Assembly: GCA_009859145.1 (NCBI GenBank)
Contig: VRVR01000042.1
Coordinates: 197,332 to 261,331 of the forward strand
DNA length: 64,000 bases
Source of the DNA: Andalucia godoyi And28
Lineage: Eukaryota; Protista; Jakobida
Reading direction: 5' to 3'
Positions 58,462-64,000 of the stretch are shown here, piece after piece (the first letter of the stretch is position 1; every line of letters begins with the position of its first letter). Under the pieces are notes generated by a model, which saw nothing but the letters and a program-made list of their open reading frames with translations, did not search any database and was not told the origin of the DNA. The translations under genes were made by a program, and so were the position numbers.

Positions 58462-61254
58462 CTAATAACTCTCCACAACCATATTTCCAGCAATGTGCAC
58501 CTCTACAGTCTTGGACCAGTCCGACTGCGTCAGGTTCGAAGCCTGCTCGATGTACAGACCCTTCGGAGTCGCGCCACACAGCTTTTCCAGCTGTGGCTTT
58601 GTCGAAAGATTGCCCACGGAGACGATGATGATGTTACAACTAGCCTTTGATGCAGAAATGCAAATACTGTCGCAGTCGGCTTTCGACGAGTTGTCCTCGC
58701 CGTCCGTCAGAGCCACGATCCACAGATCCCGAATTCCAAGCGAGGAGGAGCTGAGCATGCCGATAGCCTGTTCAAGAGCGTCGAAGAAAGCGGTCGAACC
58801 TGAGGTCGACTGTACGCGTGACATCTGTTCGTCAACAAATCCTCCTTTTAAATGCAGCGGAAACACAACAACAGGATGAGAAGAAAACGTGATCAGACTG
58901 ACACGATCGGAAGACGTCACAAGATTGCTGTAAATGTTGTGCATGTTCTTTTGAGCATCCAGAATGCGATTGCCGCTCATGGAACCCGACGTATCGAGCA
59001 CAAACACAATGTCCTTTGCATTCTGCCTTGGACGCAGATCCTCCAAGAACTTTGTTAGTGCGGCAAATTGAGGCGTTTTCGTGGCACCCTGCAGAGTGTA
59101 GATGCCAATCATCGCAGACAATGATCGCACCTGGACCGCAACGCTGATGACTGGACGGCAGACTAGTGTATGCTGATACCAGCCAAGAGATTTGTCGTAA
59201 TTCTTGAGAGATTCTTCCAAATGAGCCATAATGAGGGATGCCTCCTGCTGTGCAGCAGTATCCTTCGCTTCTGCAGCCAGTCGGAACGACTCTTCGCAGC
59301 TCGAAATCGCAAGCTCAAAGTTTTTCATCTTCATGTAGAGTTCGCCAAGGCTACCACTGTGCAGCGCAAGTCCTACAAGATTACTTGCCCATCGTTCGAT
59401 CGCAATGCAGTGCAGCAACATCTGCTCTGCCTCCTCGAAGTGCCCCTCGTCTTTCATAAGCAGTGCAAGATTGTGCATTCTGTTGACAAGACTCGACACC
59501 CTTTTGGAATTTGTTTCGTCTGACTTGTAGTCAGGAAATGCCACTGCTGGAGCGACGGAATGAGACTTGGCATCCAACGCTGCTGCGAGATGAAACAACG
59601 GGAACATCGGCAAATCTGCTTCCGCCATGCGGATTGCTTTCCGGTAGGACTGCTCCGCCTTCTCAAACTGTTTCATAGAATAGTAAACGTTTCCAATGTT
59701 GTTCTCGCATACTCCGACTCCCCTCATGTTGGAAGATTGCTGAAACATGTCTCGTGCTTGGACATAAGACTGTAGAGCAGTTTCGAGGTTTCCCGACAAG
59801 TAGGTCTCGTTTCCCAGTCGCAGGGCAATGGTAAGACCTTCAAATGTCATGAGCAGTTTTTGAATCTCTTGCGGGTACTGGCTCAGCTCACCAGTCTCCA
59901 GCTGGGCGCCCAGTTCCCCGTCATCTAACCTTTGAAGATGTGCCTGAATGCTGCGAAGAGGGCGGATAATTCGAGATGAAAGTAGAAACACGATCAAGAT
60001 CGTGATTGCTAAGAGGACCGCGGAGACAATGCACAACACAATGATTTCCACGTTGGCTAAGTTTTGCACATCCGTTCGAAAATCTTTGCTGATTTTCAAA
60101 ATATCGGACATCGGAACAACGGCAACCAGAGTGAAATTCTGTTGGCTTGCTGCGAATGCAATGTAGAACGTCCCAGAGTCCTTCTCAAAAGTCCCTGCTC
60201 CCGACTGCCCATCGTTCATGCGAGGCAAGTACAGCTCTTGGAAGCGCAAGGCAGCAGCAGAAGTGGACGAGCCAAACTCAAAACTCAGGAGATTCTGCGG
60301 ACCCTCGGATCGAGAGAGTCGAGAATGGAAAACAATGGACGAGTCTCGTCTGTCATACAAGTACACGTATCCATTTTGCATGATGCTGACGGAACTGACG
60401 GCGACTTGCAGAGCATCAAGAGGCAGTTCTAATGCAATTACGCCCAGCAGTTCACTTCCGTTCATGATTGGGGTGCCGGATGCAAGCAGCAGCCCAAGCC
60501 CCGAGGACGAAACATAAGGAGACGTGACGTACAACTCGGACGACGTCGCAAACGGAATTTTTGATTCGCCAGTGGAAAACCAGGGGCGGCAGAGAGGAAT
60601 GTACGGACGCACCAGGCTACCGAATTGCGGACCGTTCTCACAAATCCTGGAAAAGTTGAGATATGAAGACAAGTCGCGGTACGGATACGTGCGGAAGAAC
60701 CCCGCAGCTTGGAACCCCATGTAAAGGTTCGTAATTCCAGGGGATTTTTCCTCCTGGTCAGCCAAATAAACGGCACGAAAAGGATATCGAAGCAAAGAAG
60801 AGACGTTCATATGGCGTTTCGATTCTTGATCCAAGAGCAACGAGCTGTTCACGTCGGGCTGGTACCAAGCAGTTGCCTGCAGGGATATCCATCGTTTTGG
60901 ATTCTGCTGCTGATGCAGGCCCGGCGGCACGTCCTGAGGGTACACAGCTCCGTTGTATTCTGGCTGATAACTCTCCACGTAAAAGGATGAGTTTCCAAAC
61001 AGACCCTGTGCCCAAACTTGGACAATGTAGGAACTCATTCGAGTGTGGTAAAGGTACTCGTTGGTCAGCAAGGCCTTCTGCACAGACAGACTGTTCACGT
61101 GCACCTTTTCATTCGCAAGAGTCTGTACTTCAACAATTTCGCTCCATTCTGGCAGTTTGGCATCGAGCACCAGTGCGGACCCAATCAAAATTGCCAAAAT
61201 TCCGCAGAAGATAGGCAGCAGAACAGCCAAACTAATGCTTACCTGCAGATGCAT
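58462..61254 (-). CDS. Membrane receptor TM-dCache-TM-HAMP-TPR-VWA (930 aa)
   Basis: Cache: GFFRTYP, YIPLCRPWF, TSPY, GVIALE, GYVYLYD. HAMP: IIRPL..L..G..QEIQKL..TF. TPRs: ALQSYVQA, NNIGNVYYSMKQFEKAEQSYRKAI, HNLALLMKDEGHFEEA. VWA MIDAS: VLDTSGSM, GSTAFFDAL, ALTDGED. Confidence 0.9.
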   Translation of the reverse strand: MHLQVSISLAVLLPIFCGILAILIGSALVLDAKLPEWSEIVEVQTLANEKVHVNSLSVQKALLTNEYLYHTRMSSYIVQVWAQGLFGNSSFYVESYQPEYNGAVYPQDVPPGLHQQQNPKRWISLQATAWYQPDVNSSLLLDQESKRHMNVSSLLRYPFRAVYLADQEEKSPGITNLYMGFQAAGFFRTYPYRDLSSYLNFSRICENGPQFGSLVRPYIPLCRPWFSTGESKIPFATSSELYVTSPYVSSSGLGLLLASGTPIMNGSELLGVIALELPLDALQVAVSSVSIMQNGYVYLYDRRDSSIVFHSRLSRSEGPQNLLSFEFGSSTSAAALRFQELYLPRMNDGQSGAGTFEKDSGTFYIAFAASQQNFTLVAVVPMSDILKISKDFRTDVQNLANVEIIVLCIVSAVLLAITILIVFLLSSRIIRPLRSIQAHLQRLDDGELGAQLETGELSQYPQEIQKLLMTFEGLTIALRLGNETYLSGNLETALQSYVQARDMFQQSSNMRGVGVCENNIGNVYYSMKQFEKAEQSYRKAIRMAEADLPMFPLFHLAAALDAKSHSVAPAVAFPDYKSDETNSKRVSSLVNRMHNLALLMKDEGHFEEAEQMLLHCIAIERWASNLVGLALHSGSLGELYMKMKNFELAISSCEESFRLAAEAKDTAAQQEASLIMAHLEESLKNYDKSLGWYQHTLVCRPVISVAVQVRSLSAMIGIYTLQGATKTPQFAALTKFLEDLRPRQNAKDIVFVLDTSGSMSGNRILDAQKNMHNIYSNLVTSSDRVSLITFSSHPVVVFPLHLKGGFVDEQMSRVQSTSGSTAFFDALEQAIGMLSSSSLGIRDLWIVALTDGEDNSSKADCDSICISASKASCNIIIVSVGNLSTKPQLEKLCGATPKGLYIEQASNLTQSDWSKTVEVHIAGNMVVESY

Positions 61255-61624
61255 GGAGACCTCTTTTTCAAAAGTAGAGCAAACCCAGGCTTGCTGTCCT
61301 CAGGATTTTTTAAAAACCCTTTTCTCTCCTACGAATGAAAGAAACAGACCGAAATACAAAATTCAGCGAGAAATGCAGAGGGGGAAAAGCAAAAACGGGC
61401 ACCCGGTAGACCGGTGCAAGCAGCGGGTATTATCCACCTGCCTACTGCCTGCCTGGGGGCGAATCGCTTCCTCTCATTTCTTTTCAACTTCCCTCACTTC
61501 TTGGCTTTCACAAAAATAAATAAATAAATAAATAAATTGAAAAGAAAGAAAACACCAGTTTCTTGTGTTCCCATTCCGCGGTACTAGAAAAAGAGAGACA
61601 AGGAATTGTGAGACAGTCTGCGAA

Positions 61625-63259
61625 ATGACAGGCCTATTCAAAAACTGGCGATCATGGGGACTGCGCAAGCAACTTGTGGTGTTCTTGGGGGGATGGACGT
61701 CGATCTTCATGGTAGTTGCGATTTCTGTTGTCGTCGCGGTCATTTTGAGTCTTGTGGACCAGGGAAGCACCCTTGCCAGGGACGTCGTTGTGACCCAAGC
61801 AAAATCAAACTTGGCTTCTGTTTCGCATTCCAACAGTGCTCTGCTCGAGACTTCGCTGCTGCGCTACCAAAAGTCTTTGCTAATTGTCGTCAATGCCCTG
61901 CAAGATCTGCTCGACAATTCGACGCGGCTGCCGCTTGCCTTCTCCCCCGCGTACTTTGATTTCAACCATTCGACGCTACCCGGGAATTTTCTCGATCCGC
62001 GATGCGGGTGCATGCAGAGCGACACCACGTCCGTGTATTACATCCCGGAATCCCATCCATCAAACATCTCTGCGCTGATGACATCTGCCATCGCCGACAA
62101 CATTAATCGCACCCAGTTGATAGACATATACTTGACCCAGATCTATCGGATGAATCCAGATGTCCTGCTTTTGCTGTTTGGAATGGAAGAAGGCCCAGTA
62201 TATCGACGATTTCCAGGCAAAACCGTGGACGAAACCCGTACTTACACTCCGGTCACCCGGCCGTGGTATCGTTCTGCAGCCAATTCACCAACAACACCTG
62301 TGTGGTCCTCACCGTTTCTCGACGCCTTCGGGAAGGGATGGGTGGTCAGCGTGAGTCGAAGTGTGCACCGGTCGAACACCTCCTCCGCGTTTGTTGGGGT
62401 GGCTTCCGTGAATATTCTGACGACGAGCATTCGAAGGTTTGTACTTGACCTCGAAGTCCCTGCAGCAGGCTCTGCCACGCTTGTGTTTCGCGACGGAGTG
62501 ATTGTTGCGGATGCTCGATTCAACCAGTCTGGATCTGTTACAAAGTCCATTTTCGAAACCATTGTCAACTCGGACGGGTCCACTGCAATCTCGCAGTCGC
62601 TTTGGAATACCATCAGGAGCGTTTCCTCACAAGGATTATACGAGATTGACATTAATGGCGCCAAACATTTTCTGACCGCGAACGCCATACTGGATGGTAC
62701 ATTCCTGTTGCTAACGGTGGCGCAAGAGTCTGTGATCGTTGCGTCTGCGACGGCCGTCCGCGAAGATATCGAGATCACTCGAAACGATCTTTTCATGATT
62801 TTATTCCTTGTTTCCTTTGCGACCTTCCTTGGTGTTCTAGTCTGCGTCGTCATCTTGTCATATCACATCTCGAGGCCTGTGGCTGAAATGCAGGACGTCG
62901 CAGACTCCATCATCAAAAACTCTGCAGACAAGAGCACGCTATTTTCCGATCTGCATTTGAATCCTCTGCCCAAACAGTCCCAACGATGTACCAATGAAGC
63001 ATCTCAGCTTCAGAACACATTTTGGAGCTTGATTCTTCACATGAAGGAGGAGGAAGGAAGAAAGACGAATCGAGATCTGCATCCTCCAAATCCGTTTTAT
63101 GACAATCCGGCTTGGCAAGTGTGGAAACCCGGCTGGACACCGGAGATGCTGCATCCGCCGCAGGGTGTGGAGGCGTCTGCGCCAGTCGGCGTGCACGATG
63201 TCTCCATACGGCCTCTTTCAACGTCTATTCTTCCTCCAGGATACGACTCCACTTTGTAA
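61625..63259 (+). CDS. Membrane receptor TM-dCache-TM-HAMP with a short Pro-rich tail and no output domain (544 aa)
   Basis: TM1 LVVFLGG..VILSLV. Cache: YRRFPG, YTPVTRPWY, WSSPFLDAFGKGWVVSVS, FVGVASVN. TM2, then HAMP ISRPVAEM..NEASQL..TF, and tail LPPGY. Confidence 0.88.
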   Translation: MTGLFKNWRSWGLRKQLVVFLGGWTSIFMVVAISVVVAVILSLVDQGSTLARDVVVTQAKSNLASVSHSNSALLETSLLRYQKSLLIVVNALQDLLDNSTRLPLAFSPAYFDFNHSTLPGNFLDPRCGCMQSDTTSVYYIPESHPSNISALMTSAIADNINRTQLIDIYLTQIYRMNPDVLLLLFGMEEGPVYRRFPGKTVDETRTYTPVTRPWYRSAANSPTTPVWSSPFLDAFGKGWVVSVSRSVHRSNTSSAFVGVASVNILTTSIRRFVLDLEVPAAGSATLVFRDGVIVADARFNQSGSVTKSIFETIVNSDGSTAISQSLWNTIRSVSSQGLYEIDINGAKHFLTANAILDGTFLLLTVAQESVIVASATAVREDIEITRNDLFMILFLVSFATFLGVLVCVVILSYHISRPVAEMQDVADSIIKNSADKSTLFSDLHLNPLPKQSQRCTNEASQLQNTFWSLILHMKEEEGRKTNRDLHPPNPFYDNPAWQVWKPGWTPEMLHPPQGVEASAPVGVHDVSIRPLSTSILPPGYDSTL

Positions 63260-64000
63260 AGTCTTTAAAAACGCATCGAACGAAATTGCCATATTCTGCA
63301 CATACAAATACGGAAAATGGTCCACAGCACTTTTTCTGAGGTAATGCTGGGGACTGGTAGAGTCGGGGACGGCGAGCAGTCTTCCAAAAGAAATAAAATA
63401 AGGAGTTTGCAATCCGATGTATTCCAAGACTGAGACCGGGGGTATGTAGAGCTCGTTCACGCGAATGAAACGGTGTGCCACACGCACCGGGGGGTTTTGT
63501 CTGAGAGCCGTTATGCCTCCCGACGTTCTGCTAATTCATGTTTTCCTCTTCAACTACAGTGGGGGTTTTTTGGCGGGAAGCCATTCTTCTCGCAGAGACG
63601 CTGTTGCAGCGACATGCACCATGGGTCATGTTTGGGAGCAGTGCTCACGGTGATGGGTGAGCGGTGAGTGTGCTCTCGTCCAGCATAGGAACTCCGGATC
63701 ATCGGACGACCGCGGCTAGACACAAATGGTACCTCGCAAACGGCTGACAGCTCCTGCGTTCGCTTCACTGTCTGAATGCAGTCGAAGATCTCAAGCGTCA
63801 CTTGGGGGCTGCTTGCTGTATGCATCCACGCTTCTGCTGTCTGCTATCAACATAAACGTACAAGCTACTACGGAGTGTTTACTTCTACGCTTTTGTGCAA
63901 GCGCTTCGTTGTCGGTCCTCAGCGAAGCATCTTTCTGAGATCTCGGCTGTCCTTGAGCTTCCAGTCGGTCGTTCGTGATGTGGCAAAGCACTCGCTGTGG

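Noticed and set aside
63465-64000. F-box-like start (MPPDVLLIHVFLF) or a gene end at the right edge
   Set aside because: The frame closes after ~46 codons and no frame gives a convincing domain; more sequence is needed.

Overview
Gene-dense, intron-poor nuclear DNA from an aerobic, flagellated microbial eukaryote. It has standard-code ORFs, short intergenic spacers rich in microsatellites, four GTATG-type spliceosomal introns, COX5B/PET100/mTERF and DRC7. I can support about 27 protein-coding genes; two of them (COX5B, PET100) are spliced and missing from the ORF track. I found no rRNA, tRNA or CRISPR array. Four things stand out. (1) A 2,324-aa single-chain TE-A-T-KS-AT-KR-ACP NRPS-PKS (3441-10415, minus) has an A domain of the glycine-betaine-activating ATRR type; its domain logic predicts betaine + malonyl -> carnitine, or a close analogue. 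(2) Three co-oriented phosphate genes are adjacent (49120-56602): a PiT transporter, a PstS-TM-adenylyl cyclase receptor and a Vtc4-like polyphosphate polymerase. (3) Four decayed, differently deleted Fanzor2/IS607-TnpB-type elements share a right-end motif and a candidate omega-RNA scaffold. (4) A head-to-head pair of Cache-HAMP receptors is present, one with a TPR-VWA output and one with none. There is also an apparently domesticated Mutator (MULE) transposase. Family assignments come from motif recognition and remembered consensus sequences; no searches were run.
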